Assembly (NCBI GenBank): GCA_964548665.1
Contig: CAZJQL010000003.1
Location: forward strand, 17,194-81,193
Reading direction: 5' to 3'
DNA from: an uncultured Methanosarcinales archaeon
GTDB lineage: Archaea > Nanobdellota > Nanobdellia > Woesearchaeales > 21-14-0-10-32-9
DNA length: 64,000 bases
Positions 1 through 8,968 of this stretch are shown here, one piece after another; within the stretch, counting starts at the first letter, position 1, and the number at the start of each line of letters is the position of its first letter. The notes beneath the pieces were generated by a model, which saw only the letters and a list, made by a program, of their open reading frames with translations, was not told the origin of the DNA and made no database searches. Made by a program: the position numbers and the translations under genes.

Positions 1-795
1 GAAGTAGATGATGATACCTTAAGAATAGATGCACCTGCAAACATCACCGCTGTAATGAACTCTTCAAACTTTGCTGATAAAGCATATGCTTTCAACGTGA
101 CTGCATATGATAGTTCAACAGTTGTAGATTCATTTTACTTCTGGGTAGATGCAGATGTTTCAACATCTCCATACTTCGGAACATCAGATGAAGAAGAATC
201 AGGAGAGCTAGTATATGAATACGGTGGAAGTAGCTACAGCATAGGAAACAAAGACTATGATTACATGACAAACTACGGAGTAATCATATCTGATCCAGAA
301 AGTCAATTCGGCAGTGGAAGCAGCTTCGAATTCCAAGTTCCAATGAACAGAGTTGAAGCAACAATACTTGTAAAGACAAGTGCAACAAGCGTTGATGAAA
401 CTGCAGATGACACAGGAGCATATGTTGTAAATCAACTACCAGTAGGAGCAACTGTACTTGACAAGGACGCTGAAAGCCTATTAGGATCAACACCACTGAT
501 CGTTGTAGGTGGACCAATTGTTAACACAGTAGCAGCTGAATTGATGGGCAATCCAACAACTGAGGAAATCAATGCAATGTTCTCACCAGGACTAGCAAAG
601 ATTAAACTCTACGCTGACCAAAATGCATTGCTAGTAGCAGGATTCGATGCACAAGACACCTTAGGTGCAGCATATGTACTTGCAGACTATGCAGACTATG
701 ACTTGTCAGGAACAGAAGTTGAAGTTGTAGTACCATCATTAAGTGCATTAAGCGTAAGGGCTCCAACCTTACCAGCAACTCCTTCAGAAGAATAA
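1..795 (+). CDS. Cell-surface (S-layer-like) protein, C-terminal part; the 5' end lies upstream of the window
   Basis: Frame 1 is open from base 1 (EVDDDTLRIDAPANITAV precedes the first Met at 55); stop TAA at 793-795. The composition is T/S/D/V-rich with N-x-S/T sequons. The segment TPLIVVGGPIVNTVAAELMG resembles the conserved motif of archaeal S-layer proteins. An oligo-T tract follows. Confidence 0.6.
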   Translation, partial: EVDDDTLRIDAPANITAVMNSSNFADKAYAFNVTAYDSSTVVDSFYFWVDADVSTSPYFGTSDEEESGELVYEYGGSSYSIGNKDYDYMTNYGVIISDPESQFGSGSSFEFQVPMNRVEATILVKTSATSVDETADDTGAYVVNQLPVGATVLDKDAESLLGSTPLIVVGGPIVNTVAAELMGNPTTEEINAMFSPGLAKIKLYADQNALLVAGFDAQDTLGAAYVLADYADYDLSGTEVEVVVPSLSALSVRAPTLPATPSEE

Positions 796-825
796 GCGAG
801 TTGAAAGCTTAAGAAAGTACTAACT

Positions 826-856
826 TATTTTTTTCTTTTTTTTTCTTTTTCTTTTC
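826..856 (+). terminator. Oligo-T tract, archaeal-type intrinsic terminator candidate
   Basis: tatttttttctttttttttctttttcttttc lies 30 nt after the stop of the surface-protein gene. Archaeal RNAP terminates at T runs. Confidence 0.45.
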
Positions 857-862
857 AAAAAA

Positions 863-870
863 TTTATATA
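863..870 (+). promoter_or_regulatory. TATA-box-like element upstream of the 893 CDS
   Basis: TTTATATA, preceded by an A-rich BRE-like stretch, ends 23 nt before the ATG at 893. The spacing fits a leaderless or short-leader archaeal transcript. Confidence 0.35.
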
Positions 871-892
871 CAAAACAAAATAAAAGCATATA

Positions 893-2752
893 ATGAAAAA
901 AGAGGTAATGCTATTAGTAGTAATTCTTTTATTATTGCCCGTAGCGTATGCAGAAACAACGGTTCTCCATGAAGGCTGGTATAAATACCGAGACACATTT
1001 CAAATAGGAGAAGATGTATACAGAACCAGACTATTAGAAACAAATCTAAATCAATTAAGACTTGATGTTAATAATTTTACTGTATTAATACAGATAGGCT
1101 CGTGCGCAGAATATGAATCATATGAGTTCTGTTATGAAGAATACAGCTATGAAGTAAATGAAGTTGACATATCCGACACAGGACAATTAGTTCCAGGAGT
1201 AAAGCTAAAAATACAAGAATACTCTATAACTGAAGAACAACAATCATTTGCATCAAATGTAAACATAAACATAAACTACCCTACTAATTTACAGGTTGGA
1301 CAAGTCTATGAAATAACAATAGATATGCAAAACTCTGGAAATACAGAAGCAGGATCAATATACTATGAGATATACTTTCCGTCGAATCTAGAAATAACAT
1401 ATATGGGCGGTGGAATGTTAAGAGCTGGGAATAAATTCATGATAAGCACAGCTTTAATAGAAGAACAACAAAAATCATTTTCATTCAAATTCAAAACAAG
1501 TAGTTTAGAAACACTAAACTTTACATATAATTATTTAATTAGAGGGGCTAATGAAAACAAATCTGATTCAGGATCATTCCAAATAACACTTCCAGACCCA
1601 TATGCCTACTCAACATGGTTCACAGCAGAATCCGTGGAAGTACTGCAAACCTCAGAATTAGGAATATACTTAAGAAATGATGATCCATATGAGTCGCTTA
1701 AAATAAAAAATATAACTATACAAGCATCACCAACTCTTTATTTTGAACCAACAATGACTTTATATAGATCAAAATACGGAGAATACAAAGGAAATGTTTA
1801 CGAACTAGGGCCTGGAGAAGAAACAGAATTTAAAATAAAAATAAAACCACTATACACAGGAACCTATACTATAAGAGCCGAAGTTCTTTTTGAAATACAA
1901 AACAAAACATTCTATGATAATATAACAAAAACACTCTCAGCATCACTAGGAGGAATGCAAGCAGACTTAAGCCTGGAAAGTTATGATGTTGTATCAGGAT
2001 CAGATGTATTCCTATATTACTCAATAACAAATACGAACCCTAACTTTGTCTTCAGAAATCTTGACATAAAAATAGATGGAGGCTTCTTTCAAGAAGAAAA
2101 AACTATCGAAGCAATAAATAGAGGAGAAAAAATAGACTTATTAATAAAACAAATAAAAACGCCGATAGTAGAAGCAGATAAAGAATACAACATAACTGCA
2201 AGATTATTTTACAAAGACGCGGCAGATGTAATAAGCACCTTAATTAATCTTGTAACACTAAAAGTTACAGGAACAGGATCTCTGCTAAGTCTAAGACAAG
2301 AAATAAATAAAGAAACCGTAGAAATCGGAGAAGAAATAATAGTGGAAGTATTTGTAGGAAATCTTAAAGACAACTCATTTAATGCTATTTCTGTGGAAGA
2401 TACTACCAGTCAGCCGGTTCAGCTAGTAGTTGGTGAAACATCAGCATCAGTAAACTTAAAAGGAAAAGAAGAAAAGAAATCATACCTATACAAAATATTA
2501 ATACCTGAAAATTATACGCAAAATACTTTAGAGATAACATCCACAGCAAAAATGAATCAATATGGATATGAAGTAAAACAAAGCAAAACAATAAACGTAA
2601 TAGCGCCTCCACCACAAGAAGAAAACGCTCAACAACAAGAAAATCAAGATCAACAAGAAAACAATTATGAAGAAGAAAAGAAAGAATCAACATGGACCAA
2701 AATAATAAGAGGAATAGGAGATTTCTTCACAAGATTATTCTCAAGAAACTAA
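893..2752 (+). CDS. Secreted/surface protein of unknown function
   Basis: 619-aa ORF with an N-terminal signal-like segment (MKKEVMLLVVILLLLPVAYAETT). It has beta-rich repeated modules (for example NSGNTEAGSIYYEIYFPSNLEI, CARDB/DUF11-like) and a Q/E-rich linker near the C-terminus. It is adjacent to the S-layer-like gene. Confidence 0.65.
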   Translation: MKKEVMLLVVILLLLPVAYAETTVLHEGWYKYRDTFQIGEDVYRTRLLETNLNQLRLDVNNFTVLIQIGSCAEYESYEFCYEEYSYEVNEVDISDTGQLVPGVKLKIQEYSITEEQQSFASNVNININYPTNLQVGQVYEITIDMQNSGNTEAGSIYYEIYFPSNLEITYMGGGMLRAGNKFMISTALIEEQQKSFSFKFKTSSLETLNFTYNYLIRGANENKSDSGSFQITLPDPYAYSTWFTAESVEVLQTSELGIYLRNDDPYESLKIKNITIQASPTLYFEPTMTLYRSKYGEYKGNVYELGPGEETEFKIKIKPLYTGTYTIRAEVLFEIQNKTFYDNITKTLSASLGGMQADLSLESYDVVSGSDVFLYYSITNTNPNFVFRNLDIKIDGGFFQEEKTIEAINRGEKIDLLIKQIKTPIVEADKEYNITARLFYKDAADVISTLINLVTLKVTGTGSLLSLRQEINKETVEIGEEIIVEVFVGNLKDNSFNAISVEDTTSQPVQLVVGETSASVNLKGKEEKKSYLYKILIPENYTQNTLEITSTAKMNQYGYEVKQSKTINVIAPPPQEENAQQQENQDQQENNYEEEKKESTWTKIIRGIGDFFTRLFSRN

Positions 2753-3958
2753 AACTCCTGAAAAAATATTGTGCTTATCTCTTATTAATCTAATCTTAAC
2801 AGTTCCTGAAGTCTTAGAACAATTAAGAACAGTAACGCATCTATCTTTAGCAACACCTAAAACTTCACCACGACGCCTTCCACGGCTCTTTAATTCAACA
2901 GAAATAATCTGGCCCTTCTTAAATGGCTTTGGCAGGACTTCATCCGGGTAAATTTCAAAGGTATTCTCAGTAACAATAAGCTTAACACCATGCTCTTTTT
3001 CTTTAAGTTTAAGCAAATCAAAAAAAGACTCCCAAGACATCTGCTCAGCAATATTACGGCCTCCTTTATAATTAAGATAATTCTGAATACCAATAGAAGG
3101 ATATTTTTTGTTATGAATAGTTTTAGACAGCTCAATGATTCCACTCAATTCCTGCTCGTTTTTTCCAGGAATAATAACTGGAGCTAAAAGAACATCAATT
3201 TTACCTTCACAATACTTAATCATCTTTAATAAATGATCAAGATTAAAAGGACCATCTGCAAGCTCAGATGCAAGCTTTTTATCCAAAGCATGAATGGAAA
3301 GATTAATCCTGGTAAGCCCTGCATCTGCTAACTCATCAATTAATTTAGGATTAAGAGTCAGACCATTAGTGTTTATAGAAATAACAGACACATTAGGAAT
3401 GGCTTTAAGATCTCTTACCAGCTCAACAAGCTTAGGATACAACAAAGGTTCTCCTTGAGGACCAATATTTGCTTCAACAGGATGTTTTTTTATAGATGCG
3501 AGCTTAGTAAACTCCTCAATCAGATACTCTTCCTCTACAACAATATCTATTTTATCATTAATTCCTTCGCTAACAGAACAAAAAATACAATTAAGATTAC
3601 AACCAGTAATAGGTTTGACTTCAATTATGTTGCTTCCTCTATCAACCAGACCGAACTCATTCGTTCCCATTAATGGAATGCCCGAATTTCTGTGAATGTA
3701 TAAAGCTGGCTTGTTTCTAATTTTATGAAAAAGATTAGAGAAGCCTCTATCAATGATTAAAGAAAGCTTATTTCTTGCACGTTTTTCAGAGCAATCAAAT
3801 AAAATTGCGCCATTTTCTAGCTCAAAAGAAGATATATCTTCTAAATCAGAGTAAGGAATATCAAAATAAAATGTTTTTAGAAAATCAACTCTAATGATTT
3901 CAGGAGATTCAGAATTATGTCTGAATTTAAGATCCTCATACTCTATTCTACACGCCAT
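2741..3958 (-). CDS. Radical SAM protein (archaeal COG2100-like) with a TRAM-like C-terminal segment
   Basis: CxxxCxxC cluster motif in ITGCNLNCIFCSV, a GEPLLYP SAM-binding motif, and TIM-barrel-like periodicity. The C-terminus KGQIISVELKSRGRRRGEVLGVAKDRCVTV looks like a TRAM/OB beta segment. Confidence 0.75.
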   Translation of the reverse strand: MACRIEYEDLKFRHNSESPEIIRVDFLKTFYFDIPYSDLEDISSFELENGAILFDCSEKRARNKLSLIIDRGFSNLFHKIRNKPALYIHRNSGIPLMGTNEFGLVDRGSNIIEVKPITGCNLNCIFCSVSEGINDKIDIVVEEEYLIEEFTKLASIKKHPVEANIGPQGEPLLYPKLVELVRDLKAIPNVSVISINTNGLTLNPKLIDELADAGLTRINLSIHALDKKLASELADGPFNLDHLLKMIKYCEGKIDVLLAPVIIPGKNEQELSGIIELSKTIHNKKYPSIGIQNYLNYKGGRNIAEQMSWESFFDLLKLKEKEHGVKLIVTENTFEIYPDEVLPKPFKKGQIISVELKSRGRRRGEVLGVAKDRCVTVLNCSKTSGTVKIRLIRDKHNIFSGVLVS

Positions 3959-3974
3959 ATGCGAAAGAAAACGT

Positions 3975-4205
3975 TATTAAGTTTTAAATATTATTAAATA
4001 ATGCTATATTAAATAATGCTAGATTAATAATAGATTAATAATAGATTAATGATGGGCAGTATTTAATAATGATTGATTATAATCAACAATGTGTAATTAA
4101 TAAAGCAGTTATTAATAACATAATTAATAAAAATTAATAAAGATTGGCAAAATATTAATACAATATCAATACAATCTCAACAAAATATTAATAATATTAA
4201 TGATG
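3975..4205. repeat. AT-rich tract of iterated ATTAATAA-type motifs, including short tandem repeats
   Basis: ATTAAATAATGCTAK x2 (3993-4022); ATTAATAATAG x2 plus ATTAATGATGG (4023-4055); further ATTAATA(A) cores up to a second ATTAATGATG at 4196-4205. It lies in a 314-bp divergent spacer. Confidence 0.7.
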
Positions 4206-4272
4206 TGCCTAAACAAACAAATAACTAAATAAGTTAGACTATAAAAAGATAAAAACAGTTAAAGCTAGAAAA

Positions 4273-4824
4273 ATGACAGAAAAAAACAACAGCTTATACG
4301 CAAAAGCAGTAATATTGGCTTATGAAAGACACAAAGGCCAAGAACGAAAAGTAAATGGAGAACAATACATAAACCACCCATTAAGAGTTTCTGAATTAAT
4401 CATACAAAACTTTCCAGATCACAAAAGATTGCTCGATATTAGAATAGTGGCTTTACTGCACGATCTTTTAGAAGATACCAACACCACAAAAAAGGAATTA
4501 GAGGAAAAATTCGGGGAAAAAATAGCTGAATTGGTTGTTAATCTAACAGAAGATAAAAAAATTCTTGACAAAGATGAAAGACATAAAGAACATCTCAAAA
4601 AACTAAAAATTGCTAGTGATGATGCAAAAATAGTGAAACTTTGCGATATAGCAGATAATGTATCCACTGTAAATGAAGAGCATAGATGGAAAGGATATCT
4701 TGCTAGAAGCAAAATAACACTTGAAAACATAAATGTAAAAGAGAATAAAGAAGAATTTGAAAAACTCAAAGAACAAACACTAAAAAAAATACAAGAAAAA
4801 GACAAACTAATAAAAAACGAATAA
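4273..4824 (+). CDS. RelA/SpoT-type HD-domain hydrolase (small alarmone hydrolase-like)
   Basis: AYERHKGQERKVNGEQYINHPLRVSELI ... ALLHDLLEDT ... KLCDIADNVSTV matches the conserved H...HP / HD / ED / D-N motif order of the (p)ppGpp hydrolase domain. It is 183 aa with no synthetase domain. Confidence 0.75.
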   Translation: MTEKNNSLYAKAVILAYERHKGQERKVNGEQYINHPLRVSELIIQNFPDHKRLLDIRIVALLHDLLEDTNTTKKELEEKFGEKIAELVVNLTEDKKILDKDERHKEHLKKLKIASDDAKIVKLCDIADNVSTVNEEHRWKGYLARSKITLENINVKENKEEFEKLKEQTLKKIQEKDKLIKNE

Positions 4825-4874
4825 TTGTGTTTTAAAATAAGAAACTTTTTAATCTAAAAAAATGTCTTATCAAT

Positions 4875-6119
4875 ATGGCCCTTAAAAAACTCCTGGAAAA
4901 AGTAAAGAAAGACCTTAATCCAGAGGAAACTAAAGAAGAATATAAATTTCTTGAGAACATAAATAAAACAATAAAAGTTCTTAATTTAGATGCTGTTGCA
5001 GAGCTAGGAGGGAGTTTTGCCAAAGGAACACACATCAAAGGAAAATATGACGCAGACATATTCGTAAGATTTGGGGGTAAACACAAAAAAGAAGACATAT
5101 CTGAATTGCTACAAAAAATTCTAAAAAAAATGAAATTAACTTATGAAATAGTTCATGGCTCTAGATCTTACTATCAGATAAAAAAAGAGCTTACTTATGA
5201 AATAGTTCCAGTCAGAAAAATAACAGATTACACTCAAGCAGAAACAGTTGTTGATATGAGTCCTCTCCACGTATCTTATTTCCAAAAAAAAGCTAACGAA
5301 AACACTCGCGATGATATAAGATTAACAAAACAATTCATGAAATCTGCAAAAATATATGGCGCAGAAAGTCACATACAAGGATTTTCAGGACACGTTGTTG
5401 ATTTATTAATATTAAGATATGGGTCATTTGAGAATCTTATTAAATCTGCAACAAAATGGAAAAAAAGAACAATAATAGATATAGAAAAATACCACAAATT
5501 CCCAGAGATGAGCCTAAACTCCTCTAAAATACAAGGTCCGTTAATACTCGTTGATCCTGTTCAGAAAACTAGAAATGCTGCCGCGGCAGTATCTCAACAA
5601 GCATACGAAAAATTCATAAAAAAAGCAAAAGAGTTCATGAAAAAACCCTCCGAAGAATTTTTCTTAGTGAAATCATTAAAAGAAGAAATTAAATCCAAAC
5701 TAAAATCAATAAAATCTGAAGAAAAATATGAAGAGCTTGTTATAAAAATAATTCCGCTAGAAGGAAAACAAGATGTTGTAGGTTCTAAAATACTAAAAAT
5801 AAAAGAATATCTAGAAACAGAATTAGAAAAAAATGATTTTGAAATAAGCTGGAAGGACTGGCAAATCGAAGATGATGCAAGTCTGGTTTTTCTTGTCAAA
5901 AAAAATAAGCTGTCTAAAAAAATCATAAAAGAAGGACCTTATCTTGACATGAAAAAGAATGTAGAAGGTTTCAAGAAAAAGCATAAAAGAATAATAAAAA
6001 AAGATGGCAGACTTTTTGCAGAAGAGCCAAGAAAATATTTTGAAGCAAAAACTTTGTTGCAAGACAGAATAAAAGAAAAATATGTAAAAGACAAATGTAA
6101 AAAAATTATTATTGAGTAG
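4875..6119 (+). CDS. cca: CCA-adding tRNA nucleotidyltransferase (archaeal class I)
   Basis: GGSFAKGTHIKGKYDADIFVRF is the archaeal class I nucleotidyltransferase signature (GS...G...DxD). The ~410 aa length is typical. Confidence 0.85.
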   Translation: MALKKLLEKVKKDLNPEETKEEYKFLENINKTIKVLNLDAVAELGGSFAKGTHIKGKYDADIFVRFGGKHKKEDISELLQKILKKMKLTYEIVHGSRSYYQIKKELTYEIVPVRKITDYTQAETVVDMSPLHVSYFQKKANENTRDDIRLTKQFMKSAKIYGAESHIQGFSGHVVDLLILRYGSFENLIKSATKWKKRTIIDIEKYHKFPEMSLNSSKIQGPLILVDPVQKTRNAAAAVSQQAYEKFIKKAKEFMKKPSEEFFLVKSLKEEIKSKLKSIKSEEKYEELVIKIIPLEGKQDVVGSKILKIKEYLETELEKNDFEISWKDWQIEDDASLVFLVKKNKLSKKIIKEGPYLDMKKNVEGFKKKHKRIIKKDGRLFAEEPRKYFEAKTLLQDRIKEKYVKDKCKKIIIE

Positions 6120-6176
6120 TTTTTTCATCAACTCCGTTTCAAAACTTTTTTAAATAAAAACAAATTCTAATGAAAT

Positions 6177-6494
6177 ATGATGTTTTGTCCTAAGTGCGGA
6201 GCTTTGCTTCTGCCAAAAAAAGAAAAAGATAAGACTATATTTGCTTGTAGCTGCGGCTATTCTAGTAAAACAAAAGAAAAAATAGAGCTAAAAGAAGAGA
6301 AAAAAACTGCGGAAAAACAAATAGAAATAGTTGATGAACAAGAAACCAGTCTTCCAGAAACGGAAACTGAATGTCCAAAATGCGGAAATAAAAAAGCAGG
6401 CTACTGGTTGATTCAAACGAGAGCAGGAGATGAACCAGAAACAAAATTTCTGAGATGCACAAAATGCAAGCACACTTGGAGAGACTACCATTAG
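6177..6494 (+). CDS. tfs: Transcription factor S / RNAP subunit M-type cleavage factor
   Basis: N-terminal Zn ribbon (CPKCGALL...CSCG). The C-terminal TFIIS-type ribbon is CPKCGNKKAGYWLIQTRAGDEPETKFLRCTKCKHTW, with the acidic DE loop. Confidence 0.9.
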   Translation: MMFCPKCGALLLPKKEKDKTIFACSCGYSSKTKEKIELKEEKKTAEKQIEIVDEQETSLPETETECPKCGNKKAGYWLIQTRAGDEPETKFLRCTKCKHTWRDYH

Positions 6495-6539
6495 CAAATT
6501 CTGTAAATATTTAAAAATAAACAAATCATTCCAATAAAT

Positions 6540-7715
6540 ATGAGTATAAATACAAAAGATCCTAGATGGCCAATATATTATTCTGATACAATTCATGTTG
6601 CTAATCTAGATTCTGGAATAGGCATTCTTACTCTGTGGACTAAAAAAGAAAGAGTAATGGAAAAGATAGCTGAAGAAAACTACTCGTTCATAGGACAATT
6701 GTACTCAAAAGATTATGGCTTACAAATACTTGTAAGAAATCTACTGGCAAATCCTTATTTGAGAGACTTGGTCATTGTTGGAATAGATCTAAATGGATCA
6801 AGCGAGGGATTAATAAATTTATTTCAAAAGGGAATAGATGAAAATAACAAGATAGTGAACACAGATGTGGTTCTTGATGATAAAATAAAACAAGAACACA
6901 TAACTGAATTAAGAAGAAGGGTTCAAATTCATGATTTAAGGAAAATAAAAGATTTTGAAGAATTAGATTTATACCTAAAGTCTATGCCCAAAAAAAACAA
7001 AGAAGGAGAAAAAATAATAATAGCGCTTCCGGATGTTAATCCTCCCAGAAGATTTCCAACAGATTTCTCAGGATTCAAAGCAAGAGGAAAAGATTTCTAC
7101 ACTGCATACAACAAATTGATAGAGCATATGCTAAGATTTGGAATATATGACCCGGAAACAAAAAAACTTCAAGATATAAATGTGACTTTGTTTGTAAAAC
7201 AACTATCAAAAAAGGACAAAGAGTACATAAAGTCAAGAAAATCAAAAGAACTCAAATCTCAAGGAATTAACATCAATATTAATGGACAAAAATTCTCCAC
7301 ATATTTCTTTGAGGAGATAGATGCATGGGATGAAATAAAAGATTTATTTAAACTAGTTCTAGATCAAGAAAATATATGTTTAATGATAGGCAGAGCTTAT
7401 ATAAGTGAAAAGGACTTAGAAGATGCAGTAGAGATGGTGGATGATCTAGAACAAACATTAAAATGGGATCAAGATCCAAATGGAAATCTCGTCATAAGAT
7501 TAGAGGATAAAAAAATAAAAGTTATGCACCTAGGAACAAAAGGAGAAGTGCTTGATGAATTTCAAGGAGATACTGCAAAAGAGCTTTACAGAAAAATAGC
7601 ATCAGAAAACAGAATATCTTTATTTTATCATGCACTAGATATAGGGGCAGAACTACAAAAAGCAGAAATAGCGCTTAAGGAAGGCAAAAAATATGTCCAA
7701 GACAGAAATATTTGA
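6540..7715 (+). CDS. MtrA-like N-terminal domain / DUF4346-like C-terminal domain protein (thymidylate-synthase-like annotation class)
   Basis: The N-terminus (WPIYYSD...IGILTLWT...LVRNLLANPYLRDLVIVGIDLNGSSEGLINLFQKGID) recalls the MtrA family pattern. The C-terminus (DPNGNLVIRLE...HLG...FQGDTAKELYRKI...HALDIGAELQKAEIALKEGKKYVQD) recalls DUF4346. Recognition is from memory only. Confidence 0.4.
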   Translation: MSINTKDPRWPIYYSDTIHVANLDSGIGILTLWTKKERVMEKIAEENYSFIGQLYSKDYGLQILVRNLLANPYLRDLVIVGIDLNGSSEGLINLFQKGIDENNKIVNTDVVLDDKIKQEHITELRRRVQIHDLRKIKDFEELDLYLKSMPKKNKEGEKIIIALPDVNPPRRFPTDFSGFKARGKDFYTAYNKLIEHMLRFGIYDPETKKLQDINVTLFVKQLSKKDKEYIKSRKSKELKSQGINININGQKFSTYFFEEIDAWDEIKDLFKLVLDQENICLMIGRAYISEKDLEDAVEMVDDLEQTLKWDQDPNGNLVIRLEDKKIKVMHLGTKGEVLDEFQGDTAKELYRKIASENRISLFYHALDIGAELQKAEIALKEGKKYVQDRNI

Positions 7716-7938
7716 AAACATAAAAAACAAAAAAATTGTTGAGCTCAATGTAAAAACAAATTCTGATAGAACCGAACTAATTATAAAAGATGAAAAACTA
7801 ATTCTTCAAATAAAAGCTCTTCCTGAAGACGGTAAGGCAAACCAAGAAATAATAAAATACTTACACAAAAACACGGGAAAAAATATAAAAATAATTTCAG
7901 GCATGACGTCTAAACACAAACTAATAAGATTAGAATAA
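7693..7938 (+). CDS. DUF167 (YggU/UPF0235) family protein
   Basis: The LQIKALPEDGKANQEIIKYL...ISGMTSKHKLIRLE pattern (A.P..GKAN ... G.tS..K) is characteristic of DUF167. It overlaps the upstream gene by 23 nt. Confidence 0.75.
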   Translation: MSKTEIFENIKNKKIVELNVKTNSDRTELIIKDEKLILQIKALPEDGKANQEIIKYLHKNTGKNIKIISGMTSKHKLIRLE

Positions 7939-7939
7939 T

Positions 7940-8968
7940 TCATTTGTTTTTAAGATATTCATAATCTTTTTTATTTAGAACTCTGAGTTTTATTCCTGCT
8001 TTTTTAAAAAAATCTCTAGATATTTGTGCAGCATGATATTGATGCCTGCAGACAACTTCTTTTACTCCAGAATTTATAATCATTTTAGTACAACTTAAAC
8101 AGGGCTCCATATTTACATACATGATAGAATCTTTTATTGAAACCCCATGCTTTGCTGCTTGAGCTATAGCGTTTTGTTCAGCATGAGTTGTTCTAATACA
8201 ATGATCCCTGGAAATGCCATCGAGATGCAAAGTGTTTTCAATTAAACAACCTTCATCATGACAATGAGGAAGACCTTTAGGAGCACCATTATATCCTGTT
8301 GCTAAAATGTGCTTGTCTTTAACAATAACGCAACCAACCATTGCTCTGTTGCATGTTCCTCTGCTTCCCACAAGATCCATTATTCCGAAAAAATAAGAAT
8401 CCCAATCAGGTCTTTTATTGACATCTTTCAAAAGACGTTCTATTTTGGAATAAAATACTTCTAAAGAAGAATTATTTGAGATTATTATGTGGGAATGTTT
8501 TTTGCAAGTATCTATTTCTCTATATTGAGAATTTCCTCCTCTGCTCTCCAATTCTTCAAGTCTTAAAAAAGCAGATAATGTTTTAGGATCTTTCTCTCTG
8601 TTTCTGGATTTCATCCTTTCAAATCTTATTTTAGGTGTTGCGTCAACAAAAACCATTTTGAAAGATTTATTTTTTTTAAGAACATTTATTTCATCAACTC
8701 GTCCAATAGATGTTATGACGTAATTTTTTTCGGGTTCAATTTTTCCTAAAGCTCGCTCAGCAAGAATCGATCCTCCTAATTTGTTTCTAAGGTCATTTCC
8801 TAGCCACTGAAGATTTTCTCGTGTTATTTGTTTATTCATACGTTTTAAATCTTCTCGGAGAATATCTGACAAAGAAATATGACAAAATTTATGGTGTTTA
8901 ACAAGATATTCAGCAAATGCATCTTTTCCTGATGCATATTTTCCTGTTATTCCAAAAACTATGCTCAT
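7940..8968 (-). CDS. Fusion protein: N-terminal P-loop nucleotide-kinase-like domain + C-terminal dCMP (deoxycytidylate) deaminase
   Basis: P-loop FGITGKYASGKD at the N-terminus. The C-terminus carries the zinc deaminase motifs HAEQNAI and PCLSCTKMIINSGVKEV. I place the start at the ATG at 8968 (MSIVFGITG); the ORF-track start at 9058 adds 30 low-complexity residues. Confidence 0.8.
   Translation of the reverse strand: MSIVFGITGKYASGKDAFAEYLVKHHKFCHISLSDILREDLKRMNKQITRENLQWLGNDLRNKLGGSILAERALGKIEPEKNYVITSIGRVDEINVLKKNKSFKMVFVDATPKIRFERMKSRNREKDPKTLSAFLRLEELESRGGNSQYREIDTCKKHSHIIISNNSSLEVFYSKIERLLKDVNKRPDWDSYFFGIMDLVGSRGTCNRAMVGCVIVKDKHILATGYNGAPKGLPHCHDEGCLIENTLHLDGISRDHCIRTTHAEQNAIAQAAKHGVSIKDSIMYVNMEPCLSCTKMIINSGVKEVVCRHQYHAAQISRDFFKKAGIKLRVLNKKDYEYLKNK

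Noticed and set aside
208-517. Antisense or alternate-frame ORFs from the six-frame track. Examples: 208-435 and 284-517 minus, 2403-2693, 4419-4805, 5594-6131, 10784-11193, 17829-18440, 20983-21374, 32358-32720, 47004-47348 and 57007-57463.
   Set aside because: Each lies entirely inside, and opposite or out of frame to, a gene with strong family motifs. Their translations are low-complexity (L/F/S/I-rich) shadows, as expected in AT-rich DNA. None has an SD or TATA context.
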